Assembly (NCBI GenBank): GCA_009937575.1
Contig: JAACFI010000005.1
Coordinates: 140 to 64,139, forward strand
Length of the DNA stretch: 64,000 nucleotides
Source: Haliea sp.
GTDB taxonomy: Bacteria > Pseudomonadota > Gammaproteobacteria > Pseudomonadales > Halieaceae
Reading direction: 5' to 3'
Notes under the pieces: generated by a model
Databases searched by the model: none
What the model saw: the letters and a program-made list of their open reading frames with translations, nothing else
What the model was told of the DNA's origin: nothing
Program-made: the position numbers and the translations under genes
Shown here: positions 18,293 through 31,141 of the stretch, in pieces
Numbering within the stretch: the first letter of the stretch is position 1
Layout of the letters: every line of letters begins with the position of its first letter

Positions 18293-21200
18293 ATGCGACT
18301 AAAGTCTATCAAGCTGGCGGGTTTTAAGTCATTCGTCGATCCCACGACGGTCCATTTTCCGAGCAATATGTGCGCTGTAGTCGGCCCCAACGGCTGCGGA
18401 AAATCCAATGTCATCGACGCGGTACGCTGGGTCATGGGCGAGAGTTCGGCCAAGAACCTGCGCGGGGAATCCATGGCGGATGTCATTTTCAACGGCTCCG
18501 TCAATCGCCAGCCGGTGGGGCAGGCCTCAATCGAACTGGTGTTCGACAACGCGGATGGCGGTGTCGGCGGGGAGTATGCCAGCTACGCTGAGATTTCCAT
18601 CAAGCGCCAGGTGACCCGCGAGGGCCAATCGGAATATTTTCTCAACAATACCCGCTGCCGGCGTCGCGACATTACAGACATTTTCCTGGGCACCGGCCTC
18701 GGTCCCCGCAGTTATGCCATCATCGAGCAGGGCATGATCTCCCGGCTGATCGAGTCCAAGCCGGAGGAGTTGCGGGTCTTTATCGAGGAGGCCGCGGGCA
18801 TCTCCAAGTACAAGGAGCGTCGCAAGGAAACCGAGAGCCGCATGCGCCGCACCCTGGAAAACCTCGAGCGACTCACCGACCTGAGAGAGGAATTGGAGCG
18901 CCAGTTGCAGCACCTGCAGCGCCAGGCCCAGGCGGCGGAGAAATACCGCGAGTACAAGGACGAGGAGCGGGAACTGAAGGCGCAGTTGCTGGCCCTTCAG
19001 TGGCAGAAGCTGGATGCCGAAATCGGCGCCGCGGGCCAGGCTGTCGGCGAGTTGGAGGTCAAGCTGGAGGCGGTGCACACCGAGCACCAGCAGGTGGACA
19101 CCGCTATCGAGCAGCACCGGGTCGAGCACACGGACCGCACCGACGAATTCAACCGGGTGCAGGCCAGGTATTACTCCCTGGGCTCTGAAGTGACGCGTAT
19201 AGAGCAGACCATCAAGCACCAGCAGGAGCGTGGTCGGCAGCTGCAGGATGACCTGGAACAGACCAGGGCCAGCCTCGCCGAGGCCGAGAGTCACCTGGGC
19301 GAAGACCGGAAAAAGCTCTCCAGCTGGGAGGGGGAAGTGGAAACCCTGGCGCCGGAGCTGGAGACGTTGCAGGCGCTGGAGGAGAGCTCCGCCGAAGCCC
19401 TGTTGCAGGGGGAAGAGGCCATGCACCACTGGCAACACCAGTGGGACGAGTTCAACCAGCACGCGGCGGAACCGCGCCAGCAGGCGGAGGTGCAGCAGTC
19501 GCGCATACAACACCTGGAGCAGGTACTGCAGCGCATTCAGGATCGCAGCCGTCAACTGGAGCAGGAAAAAGTCCAGCTCGCCCCGGGGCCCGAGGATGGC
19601 GAGATCGAGGCCCTGGGTGAACAGCTGGCGGATATCGAGCTGACCATGGCGGCGGGGGAGCATCGCGGGGAAGAGTTGCTGCAGCAACTGTCCACCACCC
19701 GGGAGCAGGCCACCGACGCCTCAGGCCAACTCAACGAGTTGCGCTCTGCCCTGCAGCAATTGCGCGGTCGCCAGGCTTCCCTGGAGGCATTGCAGCAGGC
19801 AGCGATGGAGGACGGCAACGAGGCGGTGGGTGACTGGCTGCGGGATCAGCAGCTGGCGGACCGGCCGCGACTGCTGGAACAGATGCAGGTAGACGATGGT
19901 TGGCAGCTGGCGGTGGAAACCGTGCTGGGGGACGATCTTCACGCGGTCTGTGTCGACAACGTCGGGCCCCTGGGCACGATGCTCGACAACCTGGAACAGG
20001 GCCAGCTGATGCTGCTGGAAACCGGCCAGCAGCCCGCTCCCTCTATGGAGTACCTGGCCTCCCGGGTGCGCAGCGGCGGGCGCGCCAATGCGCTGCTCGC
20101 CGGTGTGCGTGTGGCTGATGACCTGCCGCAGGCACTGCAGCAACGGGGCACACTGGCTTCCCACGAGTCCATCATTACCCGCGATGGGGTCTGGCTGGGA
20201 CCCAACTGGATGCGGGTCAGTCGCGTTACCGGCCAGCAGGGCGGTGTGATCCAGCGGCAGCAGGAGCTGGAGAGCCTGGCGCGGCAGGTGGCGGAACAGG
20301 AACGGCGGGAAAGCGAGCTGGAGCAGTCCCTGCTGTCTGCCCAGGAAACCCTGAAGCGGCTGGAGGAACAGCGTCAGGAATGCCAGCGGGAGCTACAGGC
20401 GAGCACCCGGCAGCACGCTGAGATCAGTTCCAGTATGTCGGCCCAGCAGGCCAGGCAGGAGCAGCTCAACGCCCGGCGGGAGCGCCTGGTGGCGGATCTC
20501 GACGAGTCCCGGGCACAGTTCCGTCACGAGCAGGAGGCCATCGCCGAGGCCCGACATCTGTTGGCGGAGGCTATCGAGCGAATGGAACATGATTCCCAGC
20601 GCCGTGAGGAGTTGTTGTCCGAGCGGGACCGAACCCGGGGTACCCTGGACAGCGCCCGCCAGAAGGCGCGCCACGACAAGGACGCCTGTCACCGGGTGGC
20701 CATGCGTTACCAGTCCCTGCAGACCCAGCTGAATTCGATGCGCAATTCCATCGAGCGCACCGACCGGCAGGTGATACAACTGCGGGAGCGCTGCGACAGC
20801 CTGGGCAGCAGCCTGAATGAAAACGACCAACCTCTGGAGGGCCTGCAGGCAGAGCTGGAAGAACAGCTGGGTCTGCGCCTGGAAACCGAGGGCGAACTCG
20901 GCCAGGCCCGTCAGGCAGTGGCGGAAGTGGAGCACCTGCTGCGCCAGGCGGAACAGCAGCGCGCGGCCATCGAGCACCGCGCCGAGTCCGTACGCAGCGA
21001 ACTGGAGCAGAAGCGCCTGGCTAACCAGTCCCTGCAGGTTCAGCGGGAAAACGTGCAACAGCAGCTCACCGAGAGCGAGCACCAGGTGGAAGAGGTTCTG
21101 CAGTCGATGCCGGAGGGGGCCGAGGAGCAGGAATGGCAGCGCTCACTGGAGCGTGTGGCCAATCGCATCGCCCGGTTGGGCCCGATCAACCTGGCTGCTA

Positions 21201-21790
21201 TCGAAGAGTACGACCTGCAGTCTGAGCGCAAGACTTACCTGGACACCCAGAACGAGGACCTGGAGACCGCCCTGGATACCCTGCAGTCGGCGATTCGCAA
21301 GATCGACAAGGAGACCCGCAGTCGATTCCGGGAGACCTTCGACAAGGTCAACAATGGCCTCAAGGATCTGTTCCCCCGGGTGTTCGGCGGTGGCAGTGCC
21401 TACCTGGAGATGACCGGTGACGACCTGCTGGATACCGGCATCTCCATTATGGCGCGCCCCCCGGGCAAGAAGAACAGCACTATCCACCTGCTCTCGGGCG
21501 GAGAGAAGGCGCTGACCGCGATTGCGCTGGTGTTCTCGATCTTCCAGCTCAATCCGGCTCCCTTCTGTATGCTGGACGAGGTGGACGCGCCGCTGGATGA
21601 CGCCAACGTGGGACGCTACGTCCGCATGGTGAAGGAGATGTCCGGGAAGGTGCAGTTTATCTTCATTACACACAATAAGATTTCCATGGAACTGGCCGAT
21701 CAGCTGATGGGTGTCACCATGCATGAGCCCGGGGTGTCGCGACTGGTTTCCGTGGATGTGGACGAAGCGGCGGAATTGGCGGCGAGCTAG
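18293..21790 (+). CDS. smc: Chromosome segregation protein SMC
   Basis: Walker A GPNGCGKSN, very long Q/E/L/R-rich coiled coils with a central hinge, C-terminal LSGGEKALTAIALVF and CMLDEVDAPLD. Confidence 0.95.
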   Translation: MRLKSIKLAGFKSFVDPTTVHFPSNMCAVVGPNGCGKSNVIDAVRWVMGESSAKNLRGESMADVIFNGSVNRQPVGQASIELVFDNADGGVGGEYASYAEISIKRQVTREGQSEYFLNNTRCRRRDITDIFLGTGLGPRSYAIIEQGMISRLIESKPEELRVFIEEAAGISKYKERRKETESRMRRTLENLERLTDLREELERQLQHLQRQAQAAEKYREYKDEERELKAQLLALQWQKLDAEIGAAGQAVGELEVKLEAVHTEHQQVDTAIEQHRVEHTDRTDEFNRVQARYYSLGSEVTRIEQTIKHQQERGRQLQDDLEQTRASLAEAESHLGEDRKKLSSWEGEVETLAPELETLQALEESSAEALLQGEEAMHHWQHQWDEFNQHAAEPRQQAEVQQSRIQHLEQVLQRIQDRSRQLEQEKVQLAPGPEDGEIEALGEQLADIELTMAAGEHRGEELLQQLSTTREQATDASGQLNELRSALQQLRGRQASLEALQQAAMEDGNEAVGDWLRDQQLADRPRLLEQMQVDDGWQLAVETVLGDDLHAVCVDNVGPLGTMLDNLEQGQLMLLETGQQPAPSMEYLASRVRSGGRANALLAGVRVADDLPQALQQRGTLASHESIITRDGVWLGPNWMRVSRVTGQQGGVIQRQQELESLARQVAEQERRESELEQSLLSAQETLKRLEEQRQECQRELQASTRQHAEISSSMSAQQARQEQLNARRERLVADLDESRAQFRHEQEAIAEARHLLAEAIERMEHDSQRREELLSERDRTRGTLDSARQKARHDKDACHRVAMRYQSLQTQLNSMRNSIERTDRQVIQLRERCDSLGSSLNENDQPLEGLQAELEEQLGLRLETEGELGQARQAVAEVEHLLRQAEQQRAAIEHRAESVRSELEQKRLANQSLQVQRENVQQQLTESEHQVEEVLQSMPEGAEEQEWQRSLERVANRIARLGPINLAAIEEYDLQSERKTYLDTQNEDLETALDTLQSAIRKIDKETRSRFRETFDKVNNGLKDLFPRVFGGGSAYLEMTGDDLLDTGISIMARPPGKKNSTIHLLSGGEKALTAIALVFSIFQLNPAPFCMLDEVDAPLDDANVGRYVRMVKEMSGKVQFIFITHNKISMELADQLMGVTMHEPGVSRLVSVDVDEAAELAAS

Positions 21791-21823
21791 CAGGGGTAAA
21801 ACAGGGCCGGGGGACGACGGGGC

Positions 21824-22762
21824 GTGATGGAACTAACAATTCGGGACTGGATGGTCATTGTCGGGGTGCTACTGATCTTGGCCGTGTTGCTGGATGCCTG
21901 GCGGCGGGTGCGCAGTGATCGCTACTCGCGCGTTAAAATGAAACTGGTCGATCCCCAGGAGACGGTTGCCGAGCGCGACGAGGACCTTGGCTGGCTCAAG
22001 GAGCTGCCCAACGGCGGCGCCCGGGTGGTGCAGCGGGGAGACCTGCTGAGGGCGGCGGGCCTGGAGCAGGCTGCAGTGGGGGCCGACATGCCGCTGGCCG
22101 GCCAACTGGGACAGGCTGCCGCTATGGAGTCTGCACCAGATGAGGCGCCGGAAGCAGAGCCTGCCAGTGGGCCGCCGGAGGACTTGGAAGACGACCTTGA
22201 ACTGGTTTCCGGCATGAGCAGTGCCGGGTCTGCGGACGAACCGGAAAACCTGGACTGGCTGGATGGCATGGGCGCCGGTGACGCGGCACCGGTGGAGGAG
22301 GAAGCCCCCGGACGCCTGCCGAGGGAAATCGATCCCGAGGTGTTCATGCTCAATGTGGTGGCCAGGAGTCCCCAGGGCTTTCGCGGGGAAGACATACTGC
22401 ACATCCTGCTGGCCTGTGACCTGCGCTTCGGCGATATGAGTTTCTTCCACCGACACGAGTATGAAGCGGGGCGCGGCGCAATACAGTTCAGTGTCGCCAA
22501 CATGATGCAGCCCGGCGTTTTCGACATAGACAACATGTCTGACTTCAGCACCCCCGGGCTGGTGTTCTTCGTCACACTGCCCGGGCCGGAAGACATGATG
22601 AAAGCCTTCGACTACATGCTGGAAACCGCCCAGGCGGTGGCCCGCAACCTGGGTGGGGATGTGCTGGACGAATCCCGCAGCGTGATGACCAGGCAGACCC
22701 TGGAACACTGCCGGCAGCAGATTCGCGACCTGGAACGTCGCATGCTGGCCAAGGCGCGCTGA
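21824..22762 (+). CDS. zipA: Cell division protein ZipA
   Basis: N-terminal TM anchor (WMVIVGVLLILAVLL), acidic/Pro-rich linker, conserved C-terminal domain. Sits between smc and ligA. Start is GTG 21824 or ATG 21827. Confidence 0.85.
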   Translation: MMELTIRDWMVIVGVLLILAVLLDAWRRVRSDRYSRVKMKLVDPQETVAERDEDLGWLKELPNGGARVVQRGDLLRAAGLEQAAVGADMPLAGQLGQAAAMESAPDEAPEAEPASGPPEDLEDDLELVSGMSSAGSADEPENLDWLDGMGAGDAAPVEEEAPGRLPREIDPEVFMLNVVARSPQGFRGEDILHILLACDLRFGDMSFFHRHEYEAGRGAIQFSVANMMQPGVFDIDNMSDFSTPGLVFFVTLPGPEDMMKAFDYMLETAQAVARNLGGDVLDESRSVMTRQTLEHCRQQIRDLERRMLAKAR

Positions 22763-25416
<2,654 letters not shown>

Positions 25417-25592
25417 CGTCGGGGAATTTATTCGATCTCTGTTTAGGCACGCGATGCCTAAGTGTCGGAAAAGTAACGTTATTCATACTGAGTTGCTGAT
25501 GAAATAGCGCCCTGGCTGTGACACAATCGCAAAGTTTGGGTGCGGTGAGCTGCAAACGCCGATGTTTACGCTGTCAATAACTGGATGCAATC

Positions 25593-27377
25593 GTGAAGCC
25601 GACTGATATCAAGAATCCTGAATATTTCCACAAGGTGGTCGACTGCCAGTACGCCTGCCCGGCCCATACGCCGGTGCCGGAGTATATTCGACTGATAGCC
25701 GCGGAGCGCTATAGTGACGCCTACATGATCAACTGGCAGTCCAATGTGTTTCCGGGGATACTCGGCCGCACCTGCGATCGCCCCTGCGAGCCGGCCTGTC
25801 GCCGTGTGCGGGTCGAGGAAGAGCCGGTGGCGATCTGCCGCCTGAAACGCGTGGCGGCTGACAACAAGGACGACATCCGCGATCGCTTCCCGGATATTCC
25901 CAGGCGCAAGAACGGTAAACGTATCGCCCTGATCGGTGCAGGGCCGGCATCGCTGACGGTGGCCCGCGATCTCGCGCCGCTGGGCTACATTATCGACATC
26001 TTCGACAACCAGTTCGCCGGCGGCGGCATGATGCGCAGCCAGATCCCTTCCTTCCGCCTGCCCATCGAGGTTCTGGACGAGGAGGTCAACTACATTCTCG
26101 ATATGGGGGTGAACGCCACCTTTGACATCGAGGTGACCAGCCTCAAGGAAATTCTCGACCAGGACTACGAGGCGGTATTTGTCGGTACCGGTGCGCCTCG
26201 TGGCAAGGGGCTCAACCTGCCCGGCCTGGAGGACGCCTCGGCTCACGTCTACCTGGGCATCGACTGGCTGTCCAGTGTCGCTTTCGAGCACACCGATTCT
26301 ATCGGCAAGAGAGTACTGGTGCTGGGTGGCGGTAACACGGCCATGGACTGCTGCCGCACCTCCAAGCGGCTGGGCGGTGACGATGTGAGGGTGGTGGTGC
26401 GCAGCCCCTTCGAGGACATGAAGGCTTCCCCCTGGGAAAAAGAAGATGCCATGCACGAGGGCATCCCCATCTACAACAACCACGTGCCCAAGGAATTCGT
26501 GGTCGAGGAGGGCGAACTCAAGGGCATGACTTTTGAGAAGGTCGAGGCGGAATACGACGAGAATGGCAAGCGCTCCCTGGTGCCGACCGGCGAGGACCTG
26601 GTGTTCATGGAAGCCGACGACGTGCTCATGGCCATCGGCCAGGAGAACGCCTTCCCCTGGATCGAACGCGACCTGGGTATCGAATTCGACAAGTGGGATA
26701 TGCCGGTGGTCGACGAGGTGACCTTCCAGTCCACCAATCCAAGGGTGTTCTTCGGTGGTGACTCCGCCTTTGGGCCGGAAAATATCATCACCGCCGTGGC
26801 GCACGGCCACCAGGCGGCCATCAGTATCGACCTGTTGTGCAGTGGCAGGGGTGTGCATGAGCGCCCTGCGCCGGGGGTCACCCTGGCCAGCCAGAAAATG
26901 GGCGTGCACGAGTGGAGCTACGATAACGCGGTGGAAGCCGACCAGCGCTACGTGGTACCCCTGGCACCATTGGAAGAAACCCTGAAAGATCGCAAGATCG
27001 AAGTGGAACTCGGTTTTGACCCGTCCACCGGTTACAAGGAGGCGGAACGCTGTCTCAATTGTGACGTGCAGACGGTATTCGACGAGGTGCGCTGTATCGA
27101 GTGCGACGCCTGTGTCGATATCTGCCCCACAGACTGCATCTCCTTTACCCACAACGGCGAGGAAGAGGACCTGCGCACCCGCCTCACCGGTCCCTCGAAC
27201 GACCTGGCGCAGGACCTCTATGTGTCCATGGATCTTCCCACAACACGGGTAATGGTCAAGGACGAGAACGTGTGCCTGCACTGCGGCCTGTGTGCAGAGC
27301 GCTGCCCGACCTCGGCCTGGGATATGCAGAAGTTCCTCTACAACGTGACCAAGGCCGGGCAGGAGTCCGCAGCATGA
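25593..27377 (+). CDS. GltD-like NAD(P)H flavoprotein fused to a 2x[4Fe-4S] ferredoxin domain (KorC-like partner of the 2-oxoacid oxidoreductase)
   Basis: N-terminal Cys cluster (CQYACPAH...CDRPCEPAC), two dinucleotide-binding motifs (IALIGAGPASL; VLVLGGGNTAMDC), C-terminal CIECDACVDICP and CLHCGLCAERCP. GTG start. Stop overlaps the korA ATG. Confidence 0.75.
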   Translation: MKPTDIKNPEYFHKVVDCQYACPAHTPVPEYIRLIAAERYSDAYMINWQSNVFPGILGRTCDRPCEPACRRVRVEEEPVAICRLKRVAADNKDDIRDRFPDIPRRKNGKRIALIGAGPASLTVARDLAPLGYIIDIFDNQFAGGGMMRSQIPSFRLPIEVLDEEVNYILDMGVNATFDIEVTSLKEILDQDYEAVFVGTGAPRGKGLNLPGLEDASAHVYLGIDWLSSVAFEHTDSIGKRVLVLGGGNTAMDCCRTSKRLGGDDVRVVVRSPFEDMKASPWEKEDAMHEGIPIYNNHVPKEFVVEEGELKGMTFEKVEAEYDENGKRSLVPTGEDLVFMEADDVLMAIGQENAFPWIERDLGIEFDKWDMPVVDEVTFQSTNPRVFFGGDSAFGPENIITAVAHGHQAAISIDLLCSGRGVHERPAPGVTLASQKMGVHEWSYDNAVEADQRYVVPLAPLEETLKDRKIEVELGFDPSTGYKEAERCLNCDVQTVFDEVRCIECDACVDICPTDCISFTHNGEEEDLRTRLTGPSNDLAQDLYVSMDLPTTRVMVKDENVCLHCGLCAERCPTSAWDMQKFLYNVTKAGQESAA

Positions 27378-29233
27378 GAAAGAGAATCGAATCGGTCAAT
27401 GACTTTGTCATCAAGTTCGCCAACGTCAACGGGACGGGATCGGCCAGCGCCAACAACCTGTTTGCCAAGGCGCTGTTCCGCATGGGTCTTCCGGTCTGTC
27501 CGAAGAATATCTTCCCGTCCAATATCCAGGGCCTGCCTACCTGGTACGAGGTGCGGGTCAGCGAGAAGGGCTACCTGGGCCGTCGTGGCGGTACCGACAT
27601 CGTGCTGTCGGTGAATCCCCAGAGCATGCCCCAGGATATCCAGGACGTGGAATCCGGCGGTTACTTTATCTATGACAACACCAAGCCCCTGGACCTGCGC
27701 CTGATTCGCAACGACGTGAATATCATCGGCATTCCCCTGACCAGGATCTGCAACGAGCAGTACCAGGATCACCGCCAGCGCCAATTGTTCAAGAACGTGA
27801 TCTACGTGGGTGCACTGGCGGCGTTGCTGAACATGGACTTCAAGGTGTTGACCAACCTGGTGGAAGACCAGTTCAAGGGCAAGGAAAAGCTGGTGTTGCC
27901 GAATATCCACGCGTTGGAACTCGGGCACCAGTGGGCCCGGGCAAACCTCGAGTGCCCCATCGGTATCCGGGTGCAGACCAGTGACCAGGTGGGGAACAAG
28001 ATCCTGCTGGATGGCAATACCGCGCTGGGACTGGGCGCCATCTACGGTGGCGCGACCGTCGCCGCCTGGTACCCCATCACGCCGTCCACTTCGGTGGTGG
28101 ACGCGTTCGAGAAATATGCCAAGCGCGTGCGCATCGATCCGGGTACCGGTCGTAGCAACTACGCCATCGTACAGGCGGAGGATGAGCTGTCCGCCATCGG
28201 CATGGTAATTGGGGCTAGTTGGAACGGTGCCCGTTCGTTCACGGCGACCTCGGGTCCCGGTGTCTCCTTGATGAGCGAATTTCTCGGGCTGGCTTATTTC
28301 GCGGAGATCCCCACCGTGCTGTTCAACGTACAGCGCGCGGGACCCTCCACCGGTATGCCGACCCGCACCCAGCAGTCCGATGTGCTGTCCAGTGCGTACG
28401 CTTCTCACGGCGATACCAAACAGGTACTGCTGTTTCCCTCAACGCCCAAGGAGTGCTTCGATTTTGCAGCCCTTTCCTTCGACCTGGCGGAGCGACTGCA
28501 GACCCCCATCCTGGTCATGACTGACCTGGACCTGGGCATGAACGATAACATGTCCGCGCCCCTGGAGTGGGATGACTCACGGAAGTACGACCGGGGGAAA
28601 GTGGTGACTGCCGAGGAACTGGAGAATGGCTTCGACTTCGGTCGCTACACGGATGTGGACGGTGACGCCATTTGCTACCGCACCTACCCTGGCACCCACC
28701 CGAGCAAGGGCGGTTTCTTCACCCGCGGCACCTCCCGGGACGAGAAGGCGGTTTATACCGAGAAGGGCGAAGAGTACGAGGAGAACATGCTGCGCCTGAT
28801 GCGCAAGTGGGACACCATCAAAGAGTATGTGCCTGGGCCAGAGTCCTTCCCCTGCGGGAGAGAGACCCATATCGGCATGCTCTACTATGGTACTTCCGAG
28901 GAGTCCTCCCGGGAGGCTGGGGACTACCTCGCCATGGAGGACATTCACATGGACGCCATGCGGGTGCGCTCATTCCCCTTCAACGAGGAAGTGAGAGCGT
29001 TTATCGAGAGCCACAAACAGGTGTTTGTGATCGAGCAGAATCGGGATGCGCAGTTGCGCACGTTGTTGATGGCGGAATTTGAATTCGGCCCCGATAAGTT
29101 GAAGTCGGTGCTCTGCTTCGACGGTACCCCGATCAGCGCGCGCAATATCAGCAAGCAGATCAAGCGACACCTCAAAGGCGGCGCTGTGACTCCACTGCAC
29201 CGCAACAGCGTCGCCCGCGGCGCAGGAGAATAA
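27374..29233 (+). CDS. korA: 2-oxoacid:acceptor (ferredoxin) oxidoreductase subunit alpha
   Basis: 619 aa. N-terminal FANVNGTGSASANNLF (gamma-like domain) fused to the alpha domain. Start at ATG 27374 (ATGA overlap). The ORF-track upstream extension lies inside the preceding gene. Confidence 0.8.
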   Translation: MRKRIESVNDFVIKFANVNGTGSASANNLFAKALFRMGLPVCPKNIFPSNIQGLPTWYEVRVSEKGYLGRRGGTDIVLSVNPQSMPQDIQDVESGGYFIYDNTKPLDLRLIRNDVNIIGIPLTRICNEQYQDHRQRQLFKNVIYVGALAALLNMDFKVLTNLVEDQFKGKEKLVLPNIHALELGHQWARANLECPIGIRVQTSDQVGNKILLDGNTALGLGAIYGGATVAAWYPITPSTSVVDAFEKYAKRVRIDPGTGRSNYAIVQAEDELSAIGMVIGASWNGARSFTATSGPGVSLMSEFLGLAYFAEIPTVLFNVQRAGPSTGMPTRTQQSDVLSSAYASHGDTKQVLLFPSTPKECFDFAALSFDLAERLQTPILVMTDLDLGMNDNMSAPLEWDDSRKYDRGKVVTAEELENGFDFGRYTDVDGDAICYRTYPGTHPSKGGFFTRGTSRDEKAVYTEKGEEYEENMLRLMRKWDTIKEYVPGPESFPCGRETHIGMLYYGTSEESSREAGDYLAMEDIHMDAMRVRSFPFNEEVRAFIESHKQVFVIEQNRDAQLRTLLMAEFEFGPDKLKSVLCFDGTPISARNISKQIKRHLKGGAVTPLHRNSVARGAGE

Positions 29234-29235
29234 GC

Positions 29236-30288
29236 ATGAGCTATCAGATACCTAAATTCCGCCACCCGGAACTGCCGGTCAACGAACTGGGCTATACCAA
29301 GGCCGATTACGAGGGTTCGATTTCCACCCTGTGTGCCGGCTGTGGCCACGACTCCATTTCCGGCGCCATCGTCAAGGCGTGCCACGAACTGTCCATCGAG
29401 CCCCACAAGATTGCCAAAATGTCCGGTATCGGCTGCTCTTCCAAGGCGCCGACCTACTTCCTGGGCAAGTCGCACGGTTTTAACTCCGTACACGGTCGCA
29501 TGCCCTCGGTCGTCACCGGCGCCTCCATGGCAAACCGCAACATGCTCTACCTGGGTGTTTCCGGGGACGGTGATACCGCCTCCATCGGCATGGGACAGTT
29601 CGCACACGTGGCCCGGCGCAACCTGAACATGGTGTATATCGTGATGAACAATGGCTGCTATGGGCTGACCAAGGGGCAGGACTCTGCCACTACCGACGAG
29701 GGTTCGGCCAGCAAGAAGGGCGATCCCAATGTCTACAGCGCCATCGACCTGTGCGGCACGGCGCTGCAGATGGGGGCTACCTTCGTGGCCCGCAGTTTCT
29801 CCGGGGACAAGGGGCAATTGGTGCCTTTGATCAAGGCCGCGATCACCCACCGGGGTTTTGCACTGATCGACGTGGTCTCCCCCTGCGTGACCTTCAACAA
29901 CAACCCGGGCTCCACCAAGAGTTACGAGTTTGTGCGCGAGCACGCGGAGGCGACCGGTACCGTGGATTTCGTGCCCATGCGCAAGGAGATCACCACCGAC
30001 TACAAACCGGGCTATACCCACGAGGTGACCATGCACGACGGTTCGTCCCTGCACCTGTACAAGCTGGACGAAAACCTCGACCCGTTCAGTCGCCGCTCCG
30101 CGATCAACACCCTGGAGGACCACCGGGATGCCCGCAGCATCCTTACCGGGCTGATCTACATGGACAAGGACTCTCAGGACCTGCATGATGTTCTGCAGAC
30201 CTCCCAGCGCCCGTTGAACGCACTGGAGGAGGGAGAACTCTGTCCCGGTAACAACATGCTGGAGAACATCAACGCCAGCCTGCGCTAG
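29236..30288 (+). CDS. korB: 2-oxoacid:acceptor (ferredoxin) oxidoreductase subunit beta (TPP-binding)
   Basis: CAGCGHDSI Cys motif and TPP motif GVSGDGDTASIG...NNGCYGLTKGQ. Starts 3 nt after korA. Confidence 0.82.
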   Translation: MSYQIPKFRHPELPVNELGYTKADYEGSISTLCAGCGHDSISGAIVKACHELSIEPHKIAKMSGIGCSSKAPTYFLGKSHGFNSVHGRMPSVVTGASMANRNMLYLGVSGDGDTASIGMGQFAHVARRNLNMVYIVMNNGCYGLTKGQDSATTDEGSASKKGDPNVYSAIDLCGTALQMGATFVARSFSGDKGQLVPLIKAAITHRGFALIDVVSPCVTFNNNPGSTKSYEFVREHAEATGTVDFVPMRKEITTDYKPGYTHEVTMHDGSSLHLYKLDENLDPFSRRSAINTLEDHRDARSILTGLIYMDKDSQDLHDVLQTSQRPLNALEEGELCPGNNMLENINASLR

Positions 30289-30348
30289 AGCGCCCGCTGG
30301 CGCCACCAGGGCGATGTTTTTCGGGGGTTTGTCCCGCCTGTTCGCCAA

Positions 30349-30377
30349 TTGTCATATTATTGTCATAATTTCCTCAT
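30349..30377 (+). promoter_or_regulatory. Pho box upstream of phoB
   Basis: TTGTCAT-ATTA-TTGTCAT-AATT-TCCTCAT: 7-nt repeats at 11-bp periodicity matching the CTGTCAT-N4-CTGTCAT consensus. A -10-like TCTAAT follows 10 nt after the second repeat. Confidence 0.75.
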
Positions 30378-30417
30378 CTAATACCCCCAATCTGGGATGC
30401 CGGGAATGTGGTGAGAC

Positions 30418-31128
30418 ATGAGTGAACGTACGGTTTTGATCGTCGATGACGAATTCGCCATCCGGGACATGCTGCGCATGGCCCTGGAACTGGCGGATTA
30501 CCGCTGTATCGAGGCCGAGAATATCCAGCAGGCTTTCACCCTGTTGCTGGATGAACAACCGGATATCGTGTTGCTGGACTGGATGTTGCCGGGAGGGAGT
30601 GGACTGGAGCTATTGCGTCGTATGAAGCGCGAGGATACCGTCAATGACGTGCCCGTCATCATGCTGACCGCCAAAACCGCCGAAGACAATGTCATCCAGG
30701 GCCTCGATGTCGGGGCGGACGATTACATTACCAAACCCTTTGCGCCCAGGGAGTTGATCGCGCGGATCAAGGCCCTGCTGCGGCGCAGCAGGGGTGCCAG
30801 TGAAGACGAGCACATGCAGATCGAGAACCTGGTGTTGGACGGGGAGAGCCGGCGTATATTCATCGCCGACCAGGCGGTGGAGATGGGCCCCACGGAGTTC
30901 AACCTATTGCAGTTTTTCATGTCTCACCCGGAGCGTGCCTACACCCGGGGGCAGTTGCTGGACCGGGTCTGGGGTACGAATGTCTATGTGGAAGAGCGCA
31001 CCGTGGACGTGCATATTCGCCGCCTGCGCAAGGCCCTGCAGACCGAAGAGGAAGACTACAGCAACCTGATCCAGACGGTGCGCGGTACCGGATACCGTTT
31101 CTCCACCCGCGGCACGGTGCCGGCCTGA
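30418..31128 (+). CDS. phoB: Phosphate regulon response regulator PhoB
   Basis: Receiver domain (VLIVDDE..., DIVLLDWMLPG) and OmpR/PhoB winged helix (VRGTGYRF). Followed by phoR. Confidence 0.93.
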   Translation: MSERTVLIVDDEFAIRDMLRMALELADYRCIEAENIQQAFTLLLDEQPDIVLLDWMLPGGSGLELLRRMKREDTVNDVPVIMLTAKTAEDNVIQGLDVGADDYITKPFAPRELIARIKALLRRSRGASEDEHMQIENLVLDGESRRIFIADQAVEMGPTEFNLLQFFMSHPERAYTRGQLLDRVWGTNVYVEERTVDVHIRRLRKALQTEEEDYSNLIQTVRGTGYRFSTRGTVPA

Positions 31129-31141
31129 GTCGCCGCAGCTG

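Noticed and set aside
18900-21200. Apparent periodic Gln/Glu/Leu/Arg-rich repetitiveness in the middle of the 1165-aa ORF.
   Set aside because: This is the heptad periodicity of the SMC coiled-coil arms. I detected no exact nucleotide tandem repeats.
25443-25461. Hairpin TTAGGCA-CGCGA-TGCCTAA after the lipoprotein gene as a terminator.
   Set aside because: It is a 7-bp stem with no following T-run. It could be a weak or Rho-assisted stop, but the evidence is too thin to list as a feature.
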